64,000 nucleotides of DNA from an uncultured bacterium (GCA_963749495.1 CAVVMW010000006.1:608001-672000), one strand, 5' to 3'. Positions 42,934 through 53,968 are shown, numbered from the stretch's first letter. Notes: generated from the sequence alone by a model not told the origin. Made by a program: numbers and translations.

Positions 42934-43691
42934 TCCGCCACCTCCTCCTGTTCCTTTTTCGAGAGCGGTGTCCTGGCTGCGCCGCCAGCGGCGCGCCGGG
43001 GCGGCAGGGGGCGTTCGGCGCGCCGGAACCCGGCCAGATCGATCCGTTGGGCGATCAACTCGCGGATGACCGCCTGCTGTCTCTCCACCAGTTGATTGGC
43101 ATCGATCACCAGGAAGTTGAACTCCGTGCTCATCGCCAGGTACTGCTCCAGCATCCGGCCCTGGAAGATGCGGAAGCTCTCGTACGGGTCGCGCGAGAGC
43201 CGCAGGTCCATCCCCGCCTCGAAGTACTTCAACTGCGGCCGGCCCTCCAGGATGCGCTTGAGCGACACGTCCAAATCCGCCTTGAAGAAAAAGGTCAGGT
43301 CGGGCAGCGAGGCGAAACTGTAGATGCCCCGGACCCACTCGGGCGGGCAGCCGCGCACCACGTCGCGGGCGTAGGCCGTGAAGATGTAGCGATCGCACAG
43401 GACCAGGTAACCGGCGCGCAGCAGCGGCACCAGGTGGCGCTCGTAGCGGTCCGCGAAATCCGTGGCATGAATGAGGCTGAAGGTGGTCGGCGTGAGCAAC
43501 TCCCGCTTCTTGCCTTTGCTGGTGGCCGACTTGACCAGCTCCGAGGAGTTCCACTCGCTGAAATAGACCTTGAGCCCCTGCAACTCCAGCCAGCGTTTCA
43601 ACAGGTAAATCTGCGTCAACTTGCCCGAGCCGTCCAACCCCTCGACCGCGATGAGCCGGCCCGGAAAGTTCTGTTCAGCAAACGTCTTCAT
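42930..43691 (-). CDS. Thymidylate kinase-like protein
   Basis: EGLDGSGKLTQ P-loop, LCDRY; 4-nt overlap with the downstream paralog. Confidence 0.8.
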   Translation of the reverse strand: MKTFAEQNFPGRLIAVEGLDGSGKLTQIYLLKRWLELQGLKVYFSEWNSSELVKSATSKGKKRELLTPTTFSLIHATDFADRYERHLVPLLRAGYLVLCDRYIFTAYARDVVRGCPPEWVRGIYSFASLPDLTFFFKADLDVSLKRILEGRPQLKYFEAGMDLRLSRDPYESFRIFQGRMLEQYLAMSTEFNFLVIDANQLVERQQAVIRELIAQRIDLAGFRRAERPLPPRRAAGGAARTPLSKKEQEEVAE

Positions 43692-43745
43692 CTCTGCACC
43701 GGCAACAGTAGAGCTTCCTGGCGGCAAGACAAGGATTTTGAGGGG

Positions 43746-43874
43746 CGGCAATTCTTTTGGGGCCCTGCGGCATAAATGCGGCGTCCCGGCCGGGTTCGGG
43801 ACGCCGCATTTATGCGGCAGCGAGGCGCCGAAGCGAGAATGGCCGGGCTGCGAAAGCCAAAATGAGAATTGCTG
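43746..43874. mobile_element. ~130-bp MITE-like element with an internal REP doublet
   Basis: Ends cggcaattct / tgagaattgctg; inner gcataaatgcggcg...cgccgcatttatgc; copy at 61441-61572. Confidence 0.75.
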
Positions 43875-44023
43875 TTCCGTCTCAGGCAAGTCTGGCAATA
43901 TGAGCGTCACCATCCCATATTACGGCTCCCGACGCGAAAAAGTCAAACGGGTCGGGCGCGCCGGTCGGGCACGCCGGTCGGGCACGCCGGCGTTCAGGCC
44001 GAAGGCCTGGTTCATACCAGCCC

Positions 44024-45078
44024 AGAGACCCAGGCAGGCGTTGTTTGTTCCCTTCCGGGATTGTATCTATGCCGATGCAACCGCAATGAAATGGGGCTGC
44101 CCCAATGCCGGCCAGCCCCCCCCGGATCGCTGAGCGGCTTTGTTTTCCGCGTATTCCGCGTATTCCGCGGTTGCCCTCAGGTGCCATGGCCGGCGAGGCT
44201 AGCAAAGCTCCGAAGAAGAATGAACCATCGAGTAGAGCAGAGGCGCGAACATGATTAGGCCAATGACTTCCAGTGTATCGGCCCTTTCGGGCATCGTGGC
44301 AAACGGTCATCAGGCCATTCACTTCGTTTCCTCTGCCCCCTCTAAAATTCCGTACGGTGGGTTTTCCCCAGTACCGGCTTCAAACCCGCCTGACGCCACG
44401 GCCACCTTCGCGGGCGTGCTACCGCCCGCTTATAGGCCGTCACCGTCGGTATCTCCGTCCCCGGCGGTTGTTCCGTAGTCGGACTTGCGTCCAAGCGGCA
44501 CCGAGAACTTCTGACCACGACCGCGGGTCCAGTGGCCCTTGGCTCCCCAACCGGTTGTGCTGTCCGGTCGGCTCGTCGCTTACTATGGCCACATGTGCGC
44601 CTCTGTTGGCCACCCAGCGGCTTATGCATTATTCCGCCAGGCTGCGGGACCAACCCGCCAGCCCCAGAGGGTCCCCAATTTACTCTGCCAGTCCTTTCAC
44701 CCCATGCCGCCGCCCGTACTCCGGTGACTCCAACGATTGCCTGCGACGATGCCTTCATCGTTGGTTGTGCCTTCGCCGTTTTCGCACCGGTTCGGCAGTC
44801 ACAAATCCCACGAATCCGGAACCCGTGGGTAGCGTAACGAAGCTGCAGCTTTCGCTTTATGCTACGGCCTGGAGGTGTTGCTCGCCCTGCTCCGGCCAGG
44901 ACTTTTACGACCGAGCTTTCGCGGGTCGGGTCGCCCCTTCCCGTGTCGGTTATCACTGTATGGTTCATCGTCAGTTACCATCGCCGGACTTCCACCGGCT
45001 GGACTGGCAGCCTTATGGGCTGCGAGCGAAATACGCGGAAATGAACACGTCTAATGGTTACTATTTTGTCCCGCACCC
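44024..45078 (-). mobile_element. MITE copy 2 (inverted, one end truncated, interrupted by a group II intron)
   Basis: TIR ttttgtcccgcaccc at 45064-45078; homologous to 7467-7892; GxxExxY remnant absent. Confidence 0.8.
44227..45025 (-). ncRNA. ORF-less group II intron (~800 nt)
   Basis: Domain V gaagccggtactggggaaaacccaccgtacggaattt followed by agagggggc (minus strand, about 44335-44381); 3' end ctctactcgAT; boundaries set by comparison with uninterrupted MITE copies; no RT ORF. Confidence 0.85.
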
Positions 45079-45537
45079 TTCGACTGACAGCACGGGCGGG
45101 GCAGCCACAATGGGACCCTGCCGCGCCACGTAGACCGCCTGGATTTCCCTAAGACCCTGGCCGAGGCTTGCCAGAAATCGGGCTGGCAGGTCCATGGCTA
45201 CTGCCTGATGCGCAACCACTGCCATCTGGTCGTGGAGAGGCCCAACGCGAACCTGGTGGCGCGGATGGCGTGGCTACAAAGAGAAGGAGATCGCCGGTCG
45301 GCTGCATCTGGGCACGGCGCGGAGCGCGAGCGCCCGCTTGCACACCGCGATGCGGCGCCAGACTCCCGCTGCCTCAGCCCAAGGCCACTTGCCAATGTGA
45401 GAGAAAACGTGCTTTGTAAAGGCTTGACCCCTTTCCTTGGTCATCCGGCGCACGTTGTCGTAACTGAAACAGATGCCCTTGTTGAGCCGGTCCAAAGTGC
45501 CAATTGTCCAAATGACAAGTCCTGACCCCAATGGTTT
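45079..45537 (+). pseudogene. Internally deleted RAYT (Y1 HUH transposase) remnant with TGACCCC ends
   Basis: GWQVHGYCLMRNHCHLVVERPNANLVARMAWLQ (HUH motif); segment 45265-45537 recurs at 51307-51563. Confidence 0.8.
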
Positions 45538-45766
45538 ACGAGAGCGCCAGTTTCCCCCTGCTCAGGGCCATGAGGAAACAAACACCCAAGGATCCGGCCC
45601 AAGATTGTCCGGGAGTTTGAAGTGGCATTGGCAAAATAGAGGCTTGACCCCCACTGTGCCCTTGAACCCAACGCAGACTGCCAGGAAAAACAGCGGTCCC
45701 ATCCTCGTTCTATTCACCGCCGCCATTCAGGTCCTTCGGGTTAACCAGCCGGACATCGGGCTGAGA

Positions 45767-45795
45767 AAGCCGGCGCCGGACGGATCCGGCGCCAG
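45767..45795 (-). terminator. Probable terminator hairpin
   Basis: ggcgccgga...tccggcgcc downstream of the corrected stop at 45821. Confidence 0.5.
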
Positions 45796-45820
45796 CAGTT
45801 TCGACATCTAACAACGTTCG

Positions 45821-47888
45821 TCACGGACCGACCACAACCGAGGAGCTGGTGTTCGCCTTGATGCTCGTGGCTGTAGTATCGGTGGCCGTAATCGTCCAAG
45901 TGCCCGTGACTCCAAAGTAGAAGTAATTGTTGCTTGTACCTCGAGAAGGTTATGGTCCCGTTTGCCAGCGGGGCATCGGTTGGCAGACTGGCGAAGCTAT
46001 CGTTCGAGGTAATGTCCACCGTGTCCGAGCAAGTGGTGGCAATGTGCCACGTGGCATCGCAGGCATTGACGGTGACGTCAAACGGGGTGCCCGCTGTCTG
46101 CGGAAGGGGCGTGCCGATCTTGCCCGAGGCGGTGCCTGGCGCGTTGGTCTCGCCGGGGACCAATACCTGCAGTTGTGTGGCAACCCGCTTAACCAGAGCA
46201 AAGAACGCCGTGTTACCCGGTGGCAGATCGCTAGTGCTAACCAACTGCTGACTGAGCGCCTGCTGACTGGCATTAATCGTCGGAATGGCGGCATAGGTCT
46301 TGACATCGTTCCAAACCGCGTTGGCCCCCAGGCTGCTGCTCTCTACCAGGGAGAACCCGGCTGCCGGAAGCGTCCATCCCACCCAGTAGGGCGCGCTCGA
46401 AGGCACAAGGAGCACACTGCCGCGGCCGATCGAAAAAGAAGCGTTCCAGATATTAGTGTTCAACGAGGTATCAGCCAAGAAATTATCGCTGACGGCCGAC
46501 GGCACATTGGATATGGCGAAGCTCGAATAAACCACCGCTTGACCGAGGGCGCTGGTGGTGTTTGCCACCATGCCCAGATATACATTGAAGCCGTTCGTTT
46601 CGGCAAACTTGGTCACGTTGTAAAGAGGGAAGATGAAGCTGCCCGTCGTGCCATCGGGGGCGATCAGCGTGAAGTTTGTGTCGGAGGTGAACTGGACGGT
46701 CCAAGTGCCTAAAAGCCCCGCGCTCTGGACGTTGCCCAAATAGCCGCTCTCTAAATAGTTCGCGGTGACCCCATCCCAGCTTCCCGGGGCATTGGTGAAG
46801 GCGGCGCCACCCCAGAACATCTGGTTGTCATTCGCATCATTGACCTTGTATTCGAACTGCATTTCGCCGCCGCCGTTGCCCGTGCTTACGACCGATACGA
46901 CGGCGCAATTCGGTTCAGTCCAGTCCGGCGCGTTTTCCTCAGCGGACGCATTCGGAGCCAGAAACAACTGGGCCGCAGTATTGTAAGCGACGTTTGTGCC
47001 GGCCGGAAAGCCCTTTATCGTATAAGAGTAGCTGACCGGATTGGCGGCGCTAGCGCGGCCCACCCAGGACAGTCCATTGGTCGCGACCAGCATCACCTCC
47101 TGGCGGTCCCAGACGGAATTCTGTTGCGTAGTGGCAAATGCGTTAAGTCCCTGAACCGCTTTGACCAGCGGCGTCATCGTCGGCGGCGGGATGACGCCTG
47201 CGCCCACGAGTTGGACATTATCAATCCAGAAATCCGAGCAGGCCGGAGGGTTGTTGGGGTACCAGTCATAAAAACCCCAGGCCGTGCCATTAGGAGGCGG
47301 AGCCTTGGCATCGTTGAAGTCAAAGGTGTTCGGTATCGGGATGGAAATTTGCTGCCAGCCCTGCTTGGCAGGAATCGGGACACTGCCGATTTGGGCGCTG
47401 TCATAATTCCAGGAATAAAGATAGATGGGGATGTCGACGTTAGAAGAGGTGTTGATGTTGACCAATATGTCAAAGCTCAGGGCGGAGTACCGAGAGAAGT
47501 CCACTGCACTGCTTTGGTTCGCACCCAACCAAGTGTTATAGCCGACGTTGGGACTAATAAAGTCGCCGAGGCAGATATTGGCGGCTCCGGCGGGGGCGTT
47601 CGAGGCAGTGTTCCCAGGCAGGAAAATAGTGACATGGATGGAGCCGGGGATGCTGCTGCTGGAAGAGACCGTTGGATCAAACACCTCGGTAGCGATGCCG
47701 TCGGCCCCTTGATACCCATGCCAAAACGTGCCCCAGTCGAGGGTAGTGTCAGTCGGGTCGCCACCAGGTTGGATGGCGCCGGGGGGCAGGGCGATGGTGG
47801 CGGTTTGGGCGTTTGCTGCGTCAGGCCAGCAAGCCAGCGTCAAGCCGAACACGACGCTGAGAAGTGTTAATGATCGTGCTGTTTTCAT
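45821..47888 (-). CDS. Secreted hypothetical protein with a carbohydrate-binding-like N-terminal domain and Ig-like C-terminus (frameshift near 45940)
   Basis: Signal peptide; DFSRYSALSFDI...FWIDNVQL; corrected frame ends GTWTITATDTTATSIKANTSSSVVVGP*. Confidence 0.7.
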
Positions 47889-48559
47889 AACAGATTAGGT
47901 TGATGGTTTTTGGTGTGGTTTAGGCGAAGCAGGGGAGAATGGTTGGCGGCTGGAGGGAGGTCCAGTTCGTGCTCAGACCCGAAGCCGGGGAAGTCAAGGC
48001 CATTCTCTTTGGAGGCCATGCTATAGAGCGAGCCAGCGCCCGCCTTGCCAGTGCCAAAAGCCCGGACTTCATCTGTCTATGCATTGTTATAGTCGGCGAA
48101 TTATCCTTAGATGATCGGACAGTTGCCGACGACGTTAGGTCTTCACCTTACATTCCAACCAAGGAGTGATTTTATAGAGGAAGCCCAACTCTATGCTCTC
48201 CATTTCTTGTCAAATACTAACCGCTTTTTGCCCCATACCCATTCTGTCAAATCTTCCGGCCTGCCAAACATCGAACCGGCATCCGCATCCTTCCGCCTGG
48301 AAGCGCCTAGCGTCGTGTGGCCCTAAACTCCCGGAGTCGAGTTGGCGTTGATGGCCTTGGGGCTTGAGATTATCTGCGCCCCACCCAGCCTCCCCTCATA
48401 ATCGGTCAGGACGCGGTTGATGTCGTAGCAAAGGTCGGTGGCGATTAGCACTTCAGCTTGAAATCGAGGCCGCCAATTATGTGAAGGACCTCCCGGGCAC
48501 GACGCCTTGCCCTCCTTCGGCGGCCTTCTCCTGGCCAGCGTGTCACCCTCAGCACAAAG

Positions 48560-48683
48560 TGAGCAGCACGAAGAGCAACACCTCACAGTCCGTCGTGAAT
48601 CGCTGCGTTCGGGTGCTCGTGTCAATCACCAGGTCGAAGCTCTGGCCGCAAAAAGGGCACTGAATGGTCTCGGTGACTTCCAT
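48560..48683 (-). pseudogene. CPXCG cysteine-rich protein remnant
   Basis: MEVTETIQCP..CGQSFDLVIDTSTRTQRFTTDCEV with a frameshift; paralog of 54392..54574. Confidence 0.65.
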
Positions 48684-49276
48684 GTTTGGTCGTCATTGAT
48701 AACAAATTGGTTTTTTGCGCGCCCGCACGTACTGAACGCTGCGCGGGTCAGATGTGATAGGACGCTACTGTCATTTACCTCGGCCCAAAGGATGTCTTTG
48801 CTTTCCACCGCTTCACGCACAGCAACCCGAGCCTTGCTCACAGCATCGCAAATGAATCGCGACACTTGCTCTGCCCTATCCCAATCCTCAATTAGCTTAA
48901 GCGGGATTGGATAGTCCATCTTATCACACTTGACTGCCGATGCCGCCGCGCCGCTATCATTTTGGTTTGGCGTTTCCGCAGCGGAAGGCGGCGGCATCGG
49001 TGTGGGCATAGGACTCCGAGCTTGGACCTCGGAGCGAATAGCGGCAGCCGTCACCGGGCCGGCCTTGGAAACAGAGGCGATGACGGCCGCTTGGTCGCTG
49101 GCGGGAGCCTGAGAAAGCTCTCGCACCTGGCCCTCGTTGGCAACAATTGTTGCCAAAGGTGGGGGCAGTGCGGCCACAGTCTTAGCTGCCGAGATGGTAT
49201 AGTTAGCATATGCCCTGGTCCACCCCCACCTCTCCCGGCAGTAATCCTCGAATGTGGCATAGTTGGCGCGATACAA
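48626..49276 (-). CDS. Hypothetical phage/MGE-type protein fragment
   Basis: LYRANYATFEDYCRERWGWTRAYAN...NEGQVREL; no convincing start codon. Confidence 0.45.
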   Translation of the reverse strand: MYRANYATFEDYCRERWGWTRAYANYTISAAKTVAALPPPLATIVANEGQVRELSQAPASDQAAVIASVSKAGPVTAAAIRSEVQARSPMPTPMPPPSAAETPNQNDSGAAASAVKCDKMDYPIPLKLIEDWDRAEQVSRFICDAVSKARVAVREAVESKDILWAEVNDSSVLSHLTRAAFSTCGRAKNQFVINDDQTWKSPRPFSALFAARASTW

Positions 49277-49314
49277 TCGGAACTCGCGGGTTTCCGCTAA
49301 AATTGATAAGAAAT

Positions 49315-50773
49315 CACTGCCATCCCATAGAAATCTGAAAAAAACGGTTGGAATGTTTCAGGAAACGTGCCACAAGGCAGGCGAATGAAATACCAAAACG
49401 TTCCAACCGCGTCAAACTTCACCGTTCTCCGTCAGCTTTGCAACTACATTCCGCCGCACTTGGTGCCCAAGTTAGCTCGGGAGACCGGCGTCGATGAGAA
49501 GACGCGCACCTTTGATGAGTGGAGTCACATCGTCAGTCTTTGCTACGCGCAGGTGACCCATAGCATCGGCCTCAATGATGTGTGCGATGCCCTGCAACTG
49601 AATTCGGGGCCCTCTCGGCGCTTCGGGGTGCGACGCCGCCGACGCGCAACAATCTGTCGCACGCGAACAAAGTGCGCGATGCGGTGATGGCCGAGAAGCT
49701 CTTCTGGGCAGTGTATGCCTATTTGGGGGACCTATCGCCCAAGTTTGTCTCTGGCAAGTCGGCGAAGCGGTTTGCCCGCCGATTCAAGCGGACGATTCAC
49801 CTGGTCGACTCGACGACGATTGAATTGATCGCCTCCTGCATGGACTGGGCCAAGCACCGGCGGCGCAAGGCCGCAGCCAAGTGCCATTTGCGCTTAGACC
49901 TGCAAAGTTTTCTGCCGCGCTTTGCGATTATCGACACCGCGCGGGAGGCCGACGCGAAACGAGCCCGGGAACTCTGCGCCGGGATTAAGGACGGCGAAAT
50001 CGTCATATTTGACAAGGCTTACATCGACTTTGAGCATCTCTACGATCTGGAGCTCCGCGGGGTAGTGTGGGTCACGCGGGCCAAGGAGAACCTGCAATAC
50101 GAGGTGGTCCAAGCCTACCCGGTGAAGGCGGGCGGCAAGGTGGTCTCCGACGAACTGGTCGGGCTGAAGAATCCGACCTCGCAAAAGGCCTACCCCGCGC
50201 TCATGCGGCGGATCGTCGCTTGGGTTGAAGTGGATGGCAAAGAGCGACTGATGACCTTCCTGACCAACCAGTTGACCTGGAGTCCCGAGAGCGTGGTGGA
50301 GTTGTACCGCTGCCGCTGGCAGATCGAAGTCTTCTTCAAGCAGATCAAAGGGACGCTGCAGTTGGCGGATTTCCTGGGCACCAGCGCCAACGCGGTACGG
50401 TGGCAGGTTTGGACGGCACTCTTAGTCTATTTATTGCTGCGCTACTTGGCTTTCCTCTCGGACTGGGCCCACAGCTTTAGCCGGTTGTTTGCCGTCGTAC
50501 GCACTGGTCTGTGGCGCAAATGGGACTTACTCAAGCTCCTAGCACGCTATGGGACAGCCGGGGGCAGCTTCCGATACCTGGCACGGCCAGAACAAGCATT
50601 TTTCCCTGGATTTGTCTAAAGCTGTGGGACAGCCGAGTTTCCCCGGCACGCGCAACCCACACCACCTACCAAAATGACCTGAAATTCTTAAAGTGCTTCC
50701 GCCGTGGCCCGTTGAATTCCTTCGGAAAACCGCAGGATTAGGGTGGGGTTTTGTCCCTTATGGGATGCCAGTG
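49315..50773 (+). mobile_element. IS4-family insertion sequence
   Basis: TIRs cactgccatcccata / tatgggatgccagtg; aaat on both flanks (possible 4-bp TSD). Confidence 0.88.
49385..50619 (+). CDS. IS4-family DDE transposase (frameshift near 49610)
   Basis: LVDSTTI, IFDKAYID, LYRCRWQIEVFFKQIK (YREK motif). Confidence 0.9.
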
Positions 50774-50775
50774 AA

Positions 50776-51009
50776 ATGAAAACCATTCCTTATCGTTGCG
50801 ACGACTCCAGGCACAAGGCGCTGCTTGGAGTGGCGCGTTCCACCGGAACGAGCGTGCAAAGATTGTTTGATAATTTTGTCACTCACGTCATCGCTGAACG
50901 TCAGCCGGAAGCCCGTTTTTTGGCCCGCCAGAAGCGCGGGCATCCGGAACGGGGACAGAAGATGCTCGCCGAAATTCGCCGGCGCATCGCCTCTCGCGGG
51001 AGGACCTAA
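50776..51009 (+). CDS. Ribbon-helix-helix antitoxin-like protein (orphan)
   Basis: MKTIPYRCDDSRHKALLGVARSTGTSVQRLF...EARFLARQKRG; no toxin gene recognised next to it. Confidence 0.55.
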   Translation: MKTIPYRCDDSRHKALLGVARSTGTSVQRLFDNFVTHVIAERQPEARFLARQKRGHPERGQKMLAEIRRRIASRGRT

Positions 51010-51306
51010 CCACGTGCGTGCGGGGCTGAAAATGACCTTGCCAGGGCTGCCGCCAGGTTTCGGCCCTTCCCCCTCGCTGTCGGCGGGGTGATTGACCCGC
51101 CACTCAACCATGCGGTGCTGGACCAGCCAGGAATTGACGCACTGGTTCAACGAGGCCGCTGGCGTATTCTTCGTGTAAACCCAGCGAACCCGGCACGGCC
51201 AATGGCCGGCGCGGGCACACGCCGGCCAACGCAGCCATCTCCGCAGCCGACTTGCGTGGAGTGTCATCGCAACAACCATAGCATAAACCGGGTGTTCAGG
51301 TCGCGG

Positions 51307-51563
51307 GGATGGCGTGGCTACAAAGAGAAGGAGATCGCCGGTCGGCTGCATCTGGGCACGGCGCGGAGCGCGAGCGCCCGCTTGCACACCGCGATGCGGC
51401 GCCAGACTGCCGCTGACTCAGCCCAAGGCCACTTGCCAATGTGAGAGAAAACGTGCTTTGTAAAGACTTGACCCCTTTCCCGTTGTCGTAACTGAAACAG
51501 ATGGACTTGTTGAGCCGGTCCAAAGTGCCAATTGTCCACATGACAAGACATGACCCCAATGGT
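51307..51563 (+). repeat. RAYT-remnant right end; direct repeat of 45265-45537
   Basis: Near-identical ~260 bp including two TGACCCC ends. Confidence 0.85.
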
Positions 51564-51620
51564 TGCAGCAGTAGTAGAGGCCAGCGTTACCAGTGATTTG
51601 GGGTTGCGGGGCATGCCCAG

Positions 51621-52214
51621 CTATTTTGCGTTTCTGATTTGTTGAATGACTTCCTCCACTTCCCCTCTATACTCTTCGTTACCGGTGCGGTGACTATAAT
51701 GTGGCACCCTCCATACGGCATACTTCATGCCTAGGTTTCTATTAGCAATTTCAAATGCATCACGTCCGAACACTATCAGGATCGGCCGTTCAACCCCAAG
51801 GTCCCTCACCTCGGCGTCAAACGAAGCGATATTCTCCTTTTCAAAGCTCCTATGCTGTCTCAGGTATGCCATCATCTTGCCGGAGACCTTTTCCTCGAAG
51901 TCCTTGATGATGTCCGTCATGTAAGCGCCCCATAGTGCAGTTCCTTTGAGGGCATATCGAATCTTGTAGTCCATGGAGCCGGGTCGCTTATCATGGAAAT
52001 TGCCAAACGCGAATTCAATGAGGCGGGAGATGTTCAGGCCGACCAACACTATACGTGGGTTTAGCTCCTGAAGCAGCGCATCGCCTTCTTGGACATCGAA
52101 CATGCTGAGGTCGCCAACGTTCTCTTTGGGTCTGCCGCCGTCCGCCCACACTGCCCAACTCGCATAATTACCGTGGTTCTCCTTGATTCGCTTGAATGTG
52201 GCATAGTCAATCAT
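51621..52214 (-). CDS. Hypothetical protein, uracil-DNA-glycosylase-like fold suspected
   Basis: VLVGLNIS, AYMTDIIK, LIVFG, VPHYS; low GC. Confidence 0.55.
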   Translation of the reverse strand: MIDYATFKRIKENHGNYASWAVWADGGRPKENVGDLSMFDVQEGDALLQELNPRIVLVGLNISRLIEFAFGNFHDKRPGSMDYKIRYALKGTALWGAYMTDIIKDFEEKVSGKMMAYLRQHRSFEKENIASFDAEVRDLGVERPILIVFGRDAFEIANRNLGMKYAVWRVPHYSHRTGNEEYRGEVEEVIQQIRNAK

Positions 52215-52309
52215 ACTTGCACAGAACCATTGATCATGGCGCCTTGCCTCCCCAGCACGCCCCCGAATCACTTTGACAGCCTACTCCACCTCCGCGCCAT
52301 ATTGTGTCC

Positions 52310-53026
52310 CTAATACCATCTCGTCTTCATTCGGCCTCTCGATAGGCTTACGCTGTCAAAATAAATCCTGACGTCCGAGCCGCACTTGCAGGGATTATCC
52401 GGGCATCTTGATGGAGAACCGTAATAAGCATAGGCTCGATACTCCCATTCACCTTGGGCATCGGAGTAAAAGTTTAGTGCGTAAGACTGCCAGCCTTTAC
52501 GTGACAGATCACTTACCCTCACGTAGCATTGCTGCACAAGCGCCTGCGGGCGCTCATGGCCCGTCTTGTCTATTATATCAACGGTCTTGTTGACATCGAG
52601 TTTCAAAATGACGTAATCATTCAGGATGTCTTCCGGACTTGTGAAACCCAGCCCGAGAATTCTAAATGTTGCTCTGTAGGTACCGGGTTCCGGGAAGTCG
52701 TTTGTGTAAGGACCATAGAAAACGGCATCTCCCCTGGATGGTATCGGAGAGGCGTTCCCCGAAGCCTCTATGGGGTATAGTTTTCGGTCGAACTGCCACA
52801 CAGGATGGCCGACATCAAATCCATCGACTGTGGGAACGTAGCGACCGCATAGGCATCTGAATTCTCCTTCGACAAGTGGGCTGTCGCTTGTGACGGTCTT
52901 CGTAGCACAGCGATACTCCCTAAGTAGTTGTGATCGGTTTGACCTGTATTCAGCCAGCGTCCGCAGGGCCGAAACGAGCGCCGCACCGCAAAATCCACCG
53001 AAAACAGCATAGAACCCACCATTCAT
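52310..53026 (-). CDS. Hypothetical protein with an N-terminal membrane anchor
   Basis: 238-aa ORF, hydrophobic N-terminus, low GC. Confidence 0.55.
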   Translation of the reverse strand: MNGGFYAVFGGFCGAALVSALRTLAEYRSNRSQLLREYRCATKTVTSDSPLVEGEFRCLCGRYVPTVDGFDVGHPVWQFDRKLYPIEASGNASPIPSRGDAVFYGPYTNDFPEPGTYRATFRILGLGFTSPEDILNDYVILKLDVNKTVDIIDKTGHERPQALVQQCYVRVSDLSRKGWQSYALNFYSDAQGEWEYRAYAYYGSPSRCPDNPCKCGSDVRIYFDSVSLSRGRMKTRWY

Positions 53027-53090
53027 GGGCGCATCTTAGAATCTCTCCGGGTCCTGTCAAGTCCCAATTCCAGGCCGCCTCAACACCTCG

Positions 53091-53847
53091 GAAAACCATT
53101 GGGGTCATGTCTTGTCATTTGGACAATTGGCACTTGACGCCGGGGTTCCGGGATGCTTCCATTGGCCCATGGCACGCGCGTTGCGCATCGAAGGGACGGG
53201 CGGGCGGTATCCCGTCACCGCCTGCGGCAACGAACGCGAGGACATCTTCCGTGATGACGCACACCATTTCCATTTTTTCGTATCCCGGTTAGGCCGGCTA
53301 CCGGCCGCCGCTGGCGTGGGTGTGGCGCGGGCCGCTGGCCCGGTTATGTGGCGGCAACAGACCCCAGGAGCAGTGCGCGGCGATTCGGAACGACACTGAA
53401 GGGGCGCTGCGCCAGGGCGGCGTCGAGCCACCTTGGGCGCGCGTGGCGGGCGGCCTGGCGCTCGGGAGCGAGGCTTTCGCGCTGCGACTGAGGGGCGAAG
53501 CCCGCGGCAACCCGCGTGAGCAAGCATGGCTCCGGAGCGCTCCCGAGGCGTCGGCCTGGCGGAGGATCCTCTCCGCCTTGGAGCGAGCCAAGGGCGAACG
53601 CTGGAGCAGCTTCGCCGAACGGCATGGCGACTGGGGCCGCAACGCGGCGCTGTGGCTGGGGCGGCGAACCGCCCGTTTTCATTTAGCCGAGCTGGGCAAG
53701 TTAGCTGGTGGTTTGGACTACGCCGGAGTGAGCAAAGCCCTCGCCCGCTTTGGCCGGCGCCTCGAAGCCGATCCCCGCCTGCGAGAAGAAATAGCCGCAA
53801 TCCAGGACCGATTGTCCAAATGACAAGTCATGACCCCAATGGTTTTC
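53091..53847 (+). mobile_element. Degenerate RAYT gene between 37-bp inverted repeats
   Basis: gaaaaccattggggtcatgtcttgtcatttggacaat and its reverse complement (1 mismatch); MARALRIEGTGGRYPVTACGNEREDIFRDD and a C-terminal HTH; HUH core missing. Confidence 0.85.
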
Positions 53848-53968
53848 TAGTGGCGGGGAATCATCAGTTTTCTGGTCGGTTATTGTAAGAAAGTCGAGGC
53901 CGGCAATTATATGAATGGCCACGCCAAGGTCGCTGGCTCCGGCACCGTCTCCTTGGCCGCCGTCACTC

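Noticed and set aside
44273..45133. ORFs 44273..45133 and 44342..44968 as proteins
   Set aside because: They overlap the structured intron RNA and have no RT motifs.
49276..49315. IS4 as the cause of truncation of ORF 48626..49276
   Set aside because: The reconstructed empty site joins directly to the antitoxin-like start codon, so the missing N-terminus is not on the far side of the IS.
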